Source of the DNA: an uncultured Verrucomicrobiota bacterium
GTDB lineage: Bacteria; Verrucomicrobiota; Verrucomicrobiia; Limisphaerales; CAIQOK01
DNA length: 64,000 bases
Direction of reading: 5' to 3'
Assembly: GCA_903873415.1 (NCBI GenBank)
Contig: CAIQOK010000163.1
Span: 11,985-75,984, forward strand
Part shown: positions 10,054 through 19,467 of the stretch, piece after piece
Layout of the letters: every line of letters starts with the position of its first letter
How positions within the stretch are numbered: the first letter of the stretch is position 1
Translations under genes and position numbers: made by a program
Notes under the pieces: generated by a model
Told to the model about the DNA's origin: nothing
Databases searched by the model: none
Seen by the model: only the letters and a program-made list of their open reading frames with translations

Positions 10054-12636
10054 ATGTTCCAGTCTCAAGCGCAATCCGCCTCGGACCAGAAGCGCGCCGT
10101 CCGCAAGGGGGCGCTTGGGGAAGCCGACTGGTTGTGCGGCTATCCGTCAGGGGCGTCGGCTTTCGACGAGTTTTTAGGGGGGCAACGCAAGCCCCGCCCG
10201 CATTACGCCGGTTTGTTTGATTCCTTGCAGGGGCTGGGAAGGGCCGAATTCAAACGCCGCCAGGAAACCTGCGGTCATCTCGTTCAGGAACAGGGCATCA
10301 CCTACAATGTTTATGGCGACCCTCGCGGCATGGAGCGGCCTTGGCAACTGGATCCGCTGCCGCTGGTCATCGCGCCGGACGAGTGGGCTTTGATCGAGGC
10401 GGGCCTGATCCAGCGCGCCATCCTCTTGAACAGGATCCTGGCGGATTGCTATGGGGCGCAGGAGTTGATCCGCTCGGGCTGGCTTTCACCGGCTTTGGTG
10501 TTTGCCCAGCCGGCGTTTCTGAGGCCCTGCCACGGCGTGCTTGTCCCCCGTGATCTCTTCCTCTATTTCTACGGTGCGGATCTGGCCCGTTCGCCCGATG
10601 GCCGCTGGTGGGTTGTCTCCGATCGCACCCAGATTCCGACCGGTGCCGGGTATGCCTTGGCCAACCGTTTGATCACCTCCAGGATTCTGCCCGAACCTTT
10701 CAGGGATCAGCGGGTGCGCCGGTTGGCCGGTTTCTTCCGGGACGCCCAATCAACCCTGAGCGATCTGGCAGACCGCCCGTCTTGCAAGGGGCGTGTGGTT
10801 ATTCTCACCCCCGGCCCGCATAACGAGACTTATTTCGAGCAGGCTTACCTGGCGCGTTATCTCGGATACATGTTGGTGGAGGGGCAGGATTTGACCGTGC
10901 GCGACAATGAGGTTTTTTTAAAGACCCTCGGCGGGTTGGAGCGGGTGGATGTGATTTTGCGCCGGGTGGACGATGATTTTTGCGATCCGTTGGAACTGCG
11001 CAATGATTCCATGCTCGGAGTGCCGGGTCTGGTCGAGGTGGTCCGCGCTGGCAATGTGGTTATGGCCAATGCCTTGGGTAGTGGCTTGGTGCAGAGCCCC
11101 GCCTTCATGCCTTTTCTTCCGGGGCTCTGCAAGCATCTTCTCGGGGAGGAATTGAAGCTGCCCTCGGTGGCAACCTGGTGGTGTGGTCAGCAAGCGGCCC
11201 AAAAGTATGTCTGCGAACACCTTGGCGAATTGAATGTGCGCCCCGCTTTTCCCGCCCGGCCTGCGGTGGCCGATACCGACCAACCCATGAGCGCGGCGGA
11301 GTGCGAGGATCTGCGCCGGCGGATTCAATTCGACCCGGATTTGTTTGTGGCTCAGGAACGGGTTGGTTTGTCCACTTCGCCGACTTGGGACGGCGCCGGG
11401 TTGACGGCCAGTCCGATCGGGTTGCGTGTTTTTCTCGCGGCAAGCGGCAGGGGCTATTCCGTGATGCCAGGAGGTTTGACGCGTGTTTCGCCCGAGGGCA
11501 GCGGGCGGGTTGTTTCCCTCCAACGCGGCGGTGCCAGCAAGGACACATGGGTCCTCAGTGAAACCCCCGTTGAGGAGGTTTCCTTGCTTCATCGTGCCGG
11601 GCAGACCATTGAGTTGAGGCGGACGGGAAACAATCTTCCTTCGCGTCTGGCGGACAATTTTTACTGGCTGGGCCGCTACGCCGAGCGGGCCGATGCCACG
11701 GGGCGTTTGTTGCGCAGCGCACTGAGGCGTTTCAATCCGGAGCGCACCGGCAGCGCCATGCCGCTGCTGGCGCCCCTGTTGAAAACATTGGAGGTTCAGG
11801 GACAGTTGCCCGGTGTGCTTGGGCGGCTTGATTTGAGGCAGAATCCCGAGGCGTTTGAGGCGGAGCTCCTCGCAGCCATCTTTGATCCCTCGCGCGGCGG
11901 GAGCCTCCACAATATCTGCAGCCATCTCCACCAGCTTGCCATGCATGTTCGCGACCGGACGTCCAACGACATGTGGCGTGTCATCAGCCAGATCAACCAA
12001 CGCCTGGCCACGCCGGCCAGCAGTCTGGCCATGCTCGCCGGGGATGCCACTCAGGTGCTTACGGAGACGCTTCTGGGCCTGTCGGCCTTTCAGGGATTGG
12101 CCCGTGAGAACATGACCCGCGCCCAAGCGTGGAGGTTTCTTGACATGGGTCTGCGCCTGGAGCGTGCGATTTATCTGTGCACCCTGTTGGATGCCACCCT
12201 GCTTTCGGATGAGGCGGAGGACCAGAGCGTGTTGGAGGCCGTGTTGGAGGTTGCCGACAGCTCCATCACCTATCGTTCCCGCTACAGTCTGCTGGCGCTG
12301 GTGCCGCCTGTGTTCGACCTGATATTGTTGGACGACAAGAACCCTCGATCCGTGCTCTTTCAGCTCCGCCAGTTCCTCAAACATATCGAAAAGCTTCCCG
12401 GGCAGCGCGAGGGGACTGCGGGCGCGGGGCGCACCCTGCTGCTGGCTTGCACCGCCCTCCTTGAACGAGCCGACGCCCGGGAACTGGCCCAGCCGCCGGA
12501 AAAGTGGCCCCGAAGCCAGGTCGCTTCCGCAATCAGGGCCACCTTGCATGCGTTGCCCGAGATTTCCAATACCCTTGCCGCCATCTACTTCGCGCATTCG
12601 ACCATCTCGCGCACCGGACGGGAGAACTCGCCGTGA
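10054..12636 (+). CDS. Fusion protein: circularly permuted ATP-grasp + Alpha-E domain
   Basis: 860-aa ORF. The N-terminal half is paralogous to 537-1976 (ILTPGPHNETYFEQAYLARYLG, RRVDDDFCDP, GVPGLVEVVRAGNVVMANALGSG, GGASKDTWVL). The C-terminal half carries the Alpha-E signature (RLADNFYWLGRYAERADATGRLLR). Confidence 0.85.
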   Translation: MFQSQAQSASDQKRAVRKGALGEADWLCGYPSGASAFDEFLGGQRKPRPHYAGLFDSLQGLGRAEFKRRQETCGHLVQEQGITYNVYGDPRGMERPWQLDPLPLVIAPDEWALIEAGLIQRAILLNRILADCYGAQELIRSGWLSPALVFAQPAFLRPCHGVLVPRDLFLYFYGADLARSPDGRWWVVSDRTQIPTGAGYALANRLITSRILPEPFRDQRVRRLAGFFRDAQSTLSDLADRPSCKGRVVILTPGPHNETYFEQAYLARYLGYMLVEGQDLTVRDNEVFLKTLGGLERVDVILRRVDDDFCDPLELRNDSMLGVPGLVEVVRAGNVVMANALGSGLVQSPAFMPFLPGLCKHLLGEELKLPSVATWWCGQQAAQKYVCEHLGELNVRPAFPARPAVADTDQPMSAAECEDLRRRIQFDPDLFVAQERVGLSTSPTWDGAGLTASPIGLRVFLAASGRGYSVMPGGLTRVSPEGSGRVVSLQRGGASKDTWVLSETPVEEVSLLHRAGQTIELRRTGNNLPSRLADNFYWLGRYAERADATGRLLRSALRRFNPERTGSAMPLLAPLLKTLEVQGQLPGVLGRLDLRQNPEAFEAELLAAIFDPSRGGSLHNICSHLHQLAMHVRDRTSNDMWRVISQINQRLATPASSLAMLAGDATQVLTETLLGLSAFQGLARENMTRAQAWRFLDMGLRLERAIYLCTLLDATLLSDEAEDQSVLEAVLEVADSSITYRSRYSLLALVPPVFDLILLDDKNPRSVLFQLRQFLKHIEKLPGQREGTAGAGRTLLLACTALLERADARELAQPPEKWPRSQVASAIRATLHALPEISNTLAAIYFAHSTISRTGRENSP

Positions 12637-13505
12637 ATTATCAGATCATCCACCGCACAACCTATGATTATTCAGCGCCGGTGACCGCTTCGCATCATGT
12701 GGCCCGGCTCAAGCCGGTGGATCATCCGGGCCAGGTCTGCGAGGTCTTTGAGCTGCAGATTTCCCCCGCCCCGGCCCGGCGGGCGGAGCGGACCGATTAC
12801 TTTGGCAACCGGCTTTGCTTCTTCAGTATTCAAGAGGCGCATCAGAGGCTTGAGATCACCTCCACCAGTCGTGTGAAGCTGCAAGCCGGCAGGATGCCGA
12901 TGCCGCGCTCCTCCGCCCCCTGGAAAACCGTGGCCGGGCTGTTCCGCGATCCTGTCTCTCCGGAAGCGGTGGATATTTATCAGTTTGTTTTTGATTCCCC
13001 CCATATCCGTTCATCCCCGGATCTGGCAGGCTACGCTGCCGTGAGCTTCCCGGCCGAGGGGTCTTTGCTGGCGGGTGCCCGCGATCTGACGCGCCGGATT
13101 TTCCAGGATTTTATTTACGATCCCCGGTCGACCACTGTGGCGACGCCGTTGGAGGAGGTGCTGGAAAAACGGCGGGGGGTTTGTCAGGATTTTGCGCATC
13201 TGGCTATTGGCTGTCTGCGGTCTCTGGGGCTTCCGGCCCGCTATGTCAGCGGGTATTTGCGGACCCGCCCGCCGGAAGGTCAGACGCGCTTGGTGGGGGC
13301 CGATGCCTCGCACGCCTGGTTCTCTGTATTTTGCCCTGGTGAGGGCTGGGTGGGTTTCGATCCAACCAACAACGTGCTGCCCCGCGAAGAACACATTCCT
13401 GTGGCGCACGGCCGCGATTTTGGCGATGTCAGTCCCGTGGCGGGAATCCTGACGGGGGGCGGTCTGCATACCGTGCAGGTGTCTGTGGATGTTTCAACTG
13501 TCTGA
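12633..13505 (+). CDS. Transglutaminase-family protein (Bact_transglu_N + Transglut_core)
   Basis: The GTG at 12633 overlaps the upstream stop (GTGA). The product begins VNYQIIHRTTYDYSAPV, the canonical family N-terminus. The core reads RRGVCQDFAHLAIGCLRSLGLPARYVSGY...SHAWFSVFCPGEGWVGFDPTN. The track ORF start at 12504 would overlap the upstream gene by 130 nt. Confidence 0.85.
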   Translation: MNYQIIHRTTYDYSAPVTASHHVARLKPVDHPGQVCEVFELQISPAPARRAERTDYFGNRLCFFSIQEAHQRLEITSTSRVKLQAGRMPMPRSSAPWKTVAGLFRDPVSPEAVDIYQFVFDSPHIRSSPDLAGYAAVSFPAEGSLLAGARDLTRRIFQDFIYDPRSTTVATPLEEVLEKRRGVCQDFAHLAIGCLRSLGLPARYVSGYLRTRPPEGQTRLVGADASHAWFSVFCPGEGWVGFDPTNNVLPREEHIPVAHGRDFGDVSPVAGILTGGGLHTVQVSVDVSTV

Positions 13506-13531
13506 GGTGGTCCAAATTAGTTCTTTTGCCT

Positions 13532-14362
13532 ATGAAATGGGAAATCATCCACCGCACCCGTTATGATTACGCATCCTTGGTGCGGGAAAGTTTCAACGAG
13601 GTCCGCTTGCAACCCTTCTCCGACGAGTGGCAGTCGGTGGACGATTTCCTGCTTAAAATATTGCCTGCTGCGCGCCTGCGGCATCATCACGATTTCTATT
13701 CCAACATTGTTCATTGCTTTGAAATAGCAGAGCCGCATCAGACACTTCTTGTGGAAAGTCGGTTGCGCGCCACGACCCGGTCGCAGCCGCCGATTCCGGA
13801 GCACGCCGAGACTTGGCCGCTGGCGCGGATGAGGGATGCGGCGTTGGCTCCTCGCGACTATGAGTTTCTGCAGGCGAGCCGGTTTGTGGAGTTGTCCCCG
13901 GAAGCGTGGCGGTTGGCGCTCGACGCCACGGTCGGGTTGACCGATGCCTGGCAGGCGGCTCTGGCAATTGTGCGATTTGTCCACGCCCGGTTCAAGTATG
14001 TGCCCAACTCCACCACCGTTCATACGCTCATGGGACAGGTGCTGCGGGAACGGCAGGGTGTCTGCCAGGATTTTGCCCATGTCACTTTGGGTTTGTGCCG
14101 CGCCTTGAAAATTCCGGCCCTGTATGTCAGCGGCTATCTGGCCACCGAAAATGCCAGTGCCACCCACGCCTGGGTCGAGGTCTTCATTCCGGGGCAGGGC
14201 TGGCGCGGTGTCGATCCGACTCACGGCCGGCAGGTTGACTCGACTTATCTTAAAATTGCCGTCGGTCGGGATTACGGGGACGTGCCGCCGGTGACCGGGC
14301 ACTACAAGGGCACTCTGGAGCGGAAGATGGAGGTTTCGGTGCAAATTCAGACCGGTGTTTAG
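13532..14362 (+). CDS. Transglutaminase-family protein (second small paralogue)
   Basis: From the ATG at 13532 the product reads MKWEIIHRTRYDYASLV. The core reads RQGVCQDFAHVTLGLCRALKIPALYVSGY...THAWVEVFIPGQGWRGVDPTH. The track start at 13526 is a TTG two codons upstream. Confidence 0.85.
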   Translation: MKWEIIHRTRYDYASLVRESFNEVRLQPFSDEWQSVDDFLLKILPAARLRHHHDFYSNIVHCFEIAEPHQTLLVESRLRATTRSQPPIPEHAETWPLARMRDAALAPRDYEFLQASRFVELSPEAWRLALDATVGLTDAWQAALAIVRFVHARFKYVPNSTTVHTLMGQVLRERQGVCQDFAHVTLGLCRALKIPALYVSGYLATENASATHAWVEVFIPGQGWRGVDPTHGRQVDSTYLKIAVGRDYGDVPPVTGHYKGTLERKMEVSVQIQTGV

Positions 14363-14432
14363 CCCGTCGATCGGAAGGCGTTGCCGGAGAACAATCGTTG
14401 AAAAAAAAACGGCTCTCGTTCATGTTCAGCGC

Positions 14433-15989
14433 ATGACAGATTTGGATCTAGTGAATGAACCTATGATTTGCCGTCTGGGCGAATCGCGCAAACCGGCCGA
14501 GCCCTGCTCCATCGTGATTTTTGGCGCTAGCGGCGATCTAACCGCGCGCAAGCTCATTCCCGCTCTTTACCACCTTTTCAAGGAAAAGCAGATGCCGGTC
14601 GCCTTCCGGGTGGTCGGATTTGCGCGCCGCGAGAAAACGGACGAATCCTGGCGTCAGGAATTGCGGATCGCCCTGGATCAGTTTTCGCGCACAAAGCCCG
14701 TGGACGAGACTGTCTGGCGGGAGTTTGCCGCCAACTTGGTCTATTGCCAGGGGGACCTCACTGACGCGGGGGCCTATCAAAAGCTGGAGTGTCTCTTGAC
14801 GGGGTTTGGTAGCGGGCCATTGCGTGAAAACCTCTTGTTTTATCTTGCCATTTCGCCCAGCCAGTTCGGCGAGGTCGTGGAGCATGTCCATCGCGCCGGC
14901 CTCTTGAACAAGGACGGAGCGGCCTGGCAGCGTATTGTCGTTGAGAAGCCTTTCGGCCACGATTTGAACTCGGCCCATGCGTTGAACAACGAACTGACCC
15001 GGTTTGCCCACGAACGTCAGGTGTTCCGGATTGACCATTACCTTGGCAAGGAGACGGTGCAGAACATTCTCATGTTCCGTTTCTCCAACTCCATATTTGA
15101 GCGCTTGTGGAATCGCGAATCGGTTGACCACGTCCAGATCACCGTCAGCGAAAAACTCGGCGTTGGGGGGCGCGGTGGGTATTACGAGGAGGCCGGCGCG
15201 CTGCGGGACATGGTTCAAAATCACATGTTGCAAGTGCTGGCCCTCATCACCATGGAACCGCCGGTGTCACTCGAGGCCGAAGCCATCCGGGATGAAAAAG
15301 TAAAACTGCTCAAATCAATCCGGCCGCTCCGCAGCGACGAGGTCCTGCGCCAAGTGGTCCGGGGCCAATACTTTGCGGGCATGGTGGGCGGCGAGTCCCG
15401 TCCGGGCTACCGTCAGGAAATCAAGGTCAGGCCTGATTCTCATGTTGAGACCTTTGTGGCTCTTAAATTGTTTATCGACAACTGGCGCTGGTCCGGCGTG
15501 CCCTTTTATTTGCGGACTGGCAAGAACCTTCCGATGAGCGCCAGCGAGGTGCGGATCCAGTTCCGTTCCACTCCGAACGTTCTGTTTGCGGCGCAGTGCG
15601 GGGAACGGCTCGATTCCAATGCGCTGACTTTGCGTCTTCAACCCAACGAAGGCATCTCTCTGCGCTTCAACGGAAAGGTTCCAGGCACGAGCTTGGCCGT
15701 GCGGCCGGTGCGCATGCACTTTAGTTACGATTCGGAATTCGGGGCCTACACCCCCGAGGCATACGAGCGGCTGCTCCTGGAGGCGATGGTCGGGGATGCC
15801 ACGCTCTTCATCCGCCGCGATGAGGTGGAAACCGCCTGGCAGATTGTGGATTCCATTCGCGCGGGGTGGGAGGGCAAGGCGCTGACAAACCGGGAGTTTT
15901 ATGCCGCCGGCACTTGGGGTCCGATTGCCGCCGAGGAGTTGCTGGCGCGAGCCGGGCACGCTTGGCACGAGCCCCAGGGCAGGAAGTGA
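14433..15989 (+). CDS. zwf: Glucose-6-phosphate 1-dehydrogenase
   Basis: Contains IVIFGASGDLTARKLIPALYHLF (NADP-binding motif), RIDHYLGKE (active-site motif) and VQNHMLQVL. The ATG at 14433 avoids overlap with the upstream gene, which ends at 14362. Confidence 0.93.
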   Translation: MTDLDLVNEPMICRLGESRKPAEPCSIVIFGASGDLTARKLIPALYHLFKEKQMPVAFRVVGFARREKTDESWRQELRIALDQFSRTKPVDETVWREFAANLVYCQGDLTDAGAYQKLECLLTGFGSGPLRENLLFYLAISPSQFGEVVEHVHRAGLLNKDGAAWQRIVVEKPFGHDLNSAHALNNELTRFAHERQVFRIDHYLGKETVQNILMFRFSNSIFERLWNRESVDHVQITVSEKLGVGGRGGYYEEAGALRDMVQNHMLQVLALITMEPPVSLEAEAIRDEKVKLLKSIRPLRSDEVLRQVVRGQYFAGMVGGESRPGYRQEIKVRPDSHVETFVALKLFIDNWRWSGVPFYLRTGKNLPMSASEVRIQFRSTPNVLFAAQCGERLDSNALTLRLQPNEGISLRFNGKVPGTSLAVRPVRMHFSYDSEFGAYTPEAYERLLLEAMVGDATLFIRRDEVETAWQIVDSIRAGWEGKALTNREFYAAGTWGPIAAEELLARAGHAWHEPQGRK

Positions 15990-16219
15990 GATTTCCAAGT
16001 GTCTCCCGGGACACCGGTGCTTCGGGTTCGTTAACAGATCCTTTGAAACGGCCCGTTTCTCTTGTCGTAGTCGGCAAAATAGAGGGTGTGGGGCGGCCCC
16101 GATTGCGTCTTCCCTGTCGGGGTGGCGGCCCGGCTGTTTTTTGAGATGCGGCTGGTGTAACGGCCGGGATCCGCCCCGGCAACTGGAAATGTTTATAGGC
16201 TTTCATCCCCAAGAAATGC

Positions 16220-16957
16220 ATGAGTGGAATTGAAATGGTTTCCTGTTCCAGCGACAATGATTTGGCTGCGCGGGCTTCCGAGGCGTGGATCAGTGAGATC
16301 GCACGAGCCAGTCGCGCAGGAAAGCCGCATTGCGTCGCCCTGTCTGGCGGCCGAATCGCCCGGAAGTTTTTCACCGCGACCGTACATCGCATTAGGACGG
16401 GGCGAATTGGCGGGGGCGACTCGGCGCGCTTGCTTGACCATGTGCATTTTTTCTGGGCGGATGAGCGGTGTGTTCCGCCGACGGATGGCGAGAGTAATTT
16501 CCGGATGGCCGACGAGTTGTTGTTCCGGCCGTTGGGGGTTTCCGCCGGCCGGATTCATCGCATCTGCGGGGAGGAATCGCCGGAGGTAGCCGCGGAAAAG
16601 GCGGCGGCGGAAATCTCCCGTATTGTTCCCCTTAAGGCAGCGGGGCAGCCCGCGCTGGATCTTATCTTGCTCGGTTTGGGGGAGGACGGTCATGTGGCCT
16701 CGCTTTTCCCCGGTGAATCCGAGGCGGTGGCGTCCGGTCCCGAGGTCTATCGTTCCGTTCATAATTCGCCCAAGCCCCCACTCAAGCGGGTGACGCTGGG
16801 TTATGCGGCGATTGCGGCCGCAGGGCAGGTCTGGATGCTCGCCTCTGGGGGTGGTAAAGCAGCCGCACTGGGCGATGCGGTGTCGCCTGCGGGGAATAAT
16901 CCTTTCGCCCGGGTCTTGAGGAGCCGCTCGGGAGTGACGGTTTTCAGGGACTTTTGA
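16220..16957 (+). CDS. pgl: 6-phosphogluconolactonase
   Basis: Contains VALSGGRIARKFF, FFWADERCVPPTDGESNF and DLILLGLGEDGHVASLFPG, which are typical Pgl/DevB motifs. It follows zwf. Confidence 0.88.
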   Translation: MSGIEMVSCSSDNDLAARASEAWISEIARASRAGKPHCVALSGGRIARKFFTATVHRIRTGRIGGGDSARLLDHVHFFWADERCVPPTDGESNFRMADELLFRPLGVSAGRIHRICGEESPEVAAEKAAAEISRIVPLKAAGQPALDLILLGLGEDGHVASLFPGESEAVASGPEVYRSVHNSPKPPLKRVTLGYAAIAAAGQVWMLASGGGKAAALGDAVSPAGNNPFARVLRSRSGVTVFRDF

Positions 16958-17238
16958 GCCTTCGTTGCACATGGGCATTCGACATTCCGGTGGCCAAGAT
17001 GTTTTTGGTTCCATCCATAGGCGGCCATTCGGGCCGCTGAGTTGCGGGATGTTTATTTGAGTTTTCTTTTGAACTATTCCGGCGGCTGGTGTATCCATAA
17101 AGAGTCGATTCAAACTTTCGCTGTTCGTTTAGGGTTAGTATAGAGGTTTTACTCGTAGTGCGGTTCGAACAGCGCGAATAGTTGGCTGCACTACCCTTCT
17201 GAGCGCCTGGGTGAAGGCGTCAAAACCTCGTCACCACC

Positions 17239-17264
17239 GGGTGCCGGATGCAAGTCCGGCACCC
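17239..17264. other. Perfect 10-bp GC-rich hairpin (gggtgccgga-tgcaag-tccggcaccc) inside a 460-nt intergenic region
   Basis: Read directly from the sequence. There is no adjacent T-run on either strand, so it is not a canonical intrinsic terminator. Confidence 0.5.
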
Positions 17265-17417
17265 CTCTCTCTTCAAGGGACATGTTCTTCTGAACGCGCT
17301 TCATGAACTCACTTCATCTTTGACACTGCGGTTTCATGTTGGCATGGTGAGAGTTCAGTCATCGAACGTCGGATCACCGGCTGGCTTGGATGCCCGCCAC
17401 TAACGAAAGCGAAAATT

Positions 17418-18697
17418 ATGGCAGAACTGGTTGGAAATTTGTTGGTCGGGCAGTCAGGCGGCCCCACCGCCGTCATCAACGCGAGCGTGGCCGGTGTGTT
17501 GCAGGAGGCCGGCCGCCACGAGTGCATCGAAGAGATTTACGGCGGGCTTAACGGCATCCTCGGCATCCTCAATGAGGAAATCATTGATATTAATGAGGAG
17601 AAAGCCCGGAGCATAGACGGCCTCAAGTCCACGCCCGCGGCGGCGCTGGGGACATGCCGTTACAAAATCGATTTCAAAAAGAACCCCGAAAAAGCCGCCC
17701 GGGATATGGACCGTCTCTTCGAGGTGTTTGCCGCTCACAACATCCGCTTCTTTTTTTACGCCGGCGGCAATGATTCCCAGGACACCTCCCATAAGATTCA
17801 TCTCGAAGCAGTCAGACGCGGCTACGAGCTGCGCGTCATCGGCGTGCCCAAAACCATCGACAACGATTTGCCTCACACCGATAGCTGCCCCGGTTACGGT
17901 TCGGTGATCAAATACGCCGCGACCACCGTTATGGAAGTGGGCATAGATGTGGCCAGCATGGCCACGGACGATGGATCCTGCTGCATCATTGAGGTGATGG
18001 GCGTGCCGCCGGTTGGATTGCGGCCGGGACGGTGCTCGCGAAACAGGGGAATTCCGCAAATCCTCCGCACATCATCCTGCTGCCCGAGTTGCCCTTTGAG
18101 CAGGATAAATTTCTCGCAAAGGTCAAGGAAACCATCGAGGCGCACAAATGCTGCATCGTCGTCACCGGCGAGGGTATCAAATATCCCAACGGCGAGGAAG
18201 TCGGTGCTGACAAGACCCGCTTGGACGCCTTTGGTCATCCTGTGCTCGCTGGGGCGGCGGAGGAGCTCAAGGAAATCATCCAAGCCAAGATGAATCTGAA
18301 GACCCGCACGGTGCTTCTTGGGTATGCCCAGCGCGCCGCCGCACATTTCGCCAGCGCCACCGATGCCAACAACGCCCACTCCTGCGGGGTGGCCGCCGTC
18401 AGGGCCGCAGTGGAAGGCAAGAGCGGGTTCATGGTGAAGATCATTCGTGAGACCGGCGACAATGGCTCCATCAAATGGAGCACCGGACTGCAACCGCTCG
18501 AAGACATCGCCAATGTGGAGCATTTCCTTCCGAAGGAATGGATCGGCGAAGACGGGTTTCTGCCCAATGAAAAGTTTGTCCAATACGCGCGCCCCTTGAT
18601 CGAGGGAGAGGTCAAGATTGCCACCGAAGGCGGCCTGCCTAAATACGTCACTCTGGAAAAATCCAAGGTTGAGAAGAAGCTTGCACCCCGCGCCTGA
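17418..18697 (+). pseudogene. pfp: Phosphofructokinase, PPi-dependent type (pfp-like), interrupted by an apparent 1-nt deletion near 18002
   Basis: Frame 1 (from 17418) reads ...GQSGGPTAVINAS...FFFYAGGNDSQ...IGVPKTIDNDL...CCIIEVMG and then loses similarity. The next frame, open from 17993, continues (R)AAGWIAAGTVLAKQGNSANPPHIILLPE... to the stop at 18697. Joining the two at 18002 restores the universal PFK motif EVMGR. The Asp in GGNDS and the Lys in PKTIDND sit at the two positions known to specify PPi rather than ATP. Confidence 0.8.
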
Positions 18698-18711
18698 AGC
18701 CGGTCGCCGGA

Positions 18712-19467
18712 TCACGTTCGGAAAATTTCCGCAGATGGGGAGGGTTTTAACCAACTCTCCCCGTCTTTTCTTCGGCTGTGTTTTCGCCGCCTTTTTGCCG
18801 GGCTTTGCTTCCGTTTGGGTTTTGTTCTGAACCTAAAACCCGCAGTTGTTGCCAACCACGTCCGCAGCCCTTTGTAGCAGCCCTTTAACAACTGCCACCA
18901 CTCCGATTTCGCCGCCAGTTGGTGAGCGCGTTGACGTCCGATTTCGACAACTTGCGCCGCAACGCAGACCAACGCATGAGGGCTCTTGCGTCCGCGCTTG
19001 TGATGGTTGTAGCTCACGGCGGTGTCTCCCTGGTGGCCGTAACGGGTGTTCACGGTCGAGTCCCAGCCGGCAACGAAGCGGTCCGGCGGCGCCGCGTAGA
19101 GTTCGGTTCTTGGACGGTGCAGCCACTGGCGGAGGAGGTCCCGGTCCGGTCTCAGGCCTAGGCGGGGCAGAGCATCTTCGCTGCGCACACGCTCCATTTC
19201 CATCAGCGTGGCCACTGCCGGATCATCCATCATCCAGCGCACGTGGCAGAAGCGTTTCTCTTCCACCAGTGCGCCCGGCAGAAAGTTGTGCAACACCTCG
19301 CGCACCGGCGCCGCATTGGGGCTGGTGCGCACAATCGGGTAATGGTCGGCCAGCCGCTCAATGGTGCCGAGGTGCTTGAGAAAACTGCTCCACGAGGCCA
19401 GACCGCCGTAAGTCGTCAGCGCCTCATCTGTTCCTGTGATCGTGAATTTCCCCGGCAAGATGTCCAA
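18712..19467 (-). mobile_element. Degraded DDE transposase remnant (IS1380/IS4-superfamily-like N-terminal fragment)
   Basis: The ORF reads ...LTTYGGLASWSSFLKHLG...FVAGWDSTVNTRYGHQGDTAVSYNHHKRGRKSPHAL. This resembles the D-S-T...YG.Q.G...GYN..K.GR.S.HPL block around the first catalytic Asp of these transposases. The downstream catalytic region is missing. The ORF tail (about 18712-18950) is Arg/Lys-rich junk, and I saw no terminal inverted repeats. Confidence 0.6.

Noticed and set aside
12504-12632. N-terminal extension of the transglutaminase ORF, as given in the ORF track.
   Set aside because: It would overlap the upstream fusion gene by 130 nt. The family-typical N-terminus (VNYQIIHRTTYDY) begins at the GTG at 12633, which forms a GTGA overlap with the upstream stop.
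14355-14432. Upstream extension of zwf.
   Set aside because: It overlaps the preceding gene's stop and adds 26 non-conserved residues. The ATG at 14433 gives a normal Zwf N-terminus.
17236-17266. An 'aagtccgg' string reminiscent of the RNase P RNA P4 motif (GGAAAGUCCGG).
   Set aside because: The surrounding region lacks the other universal RNase P elements (for example ACAGAACCCGGCUUA). It also did not match the SRP, tmRNA or tRNA consensus elements I checked by eye.
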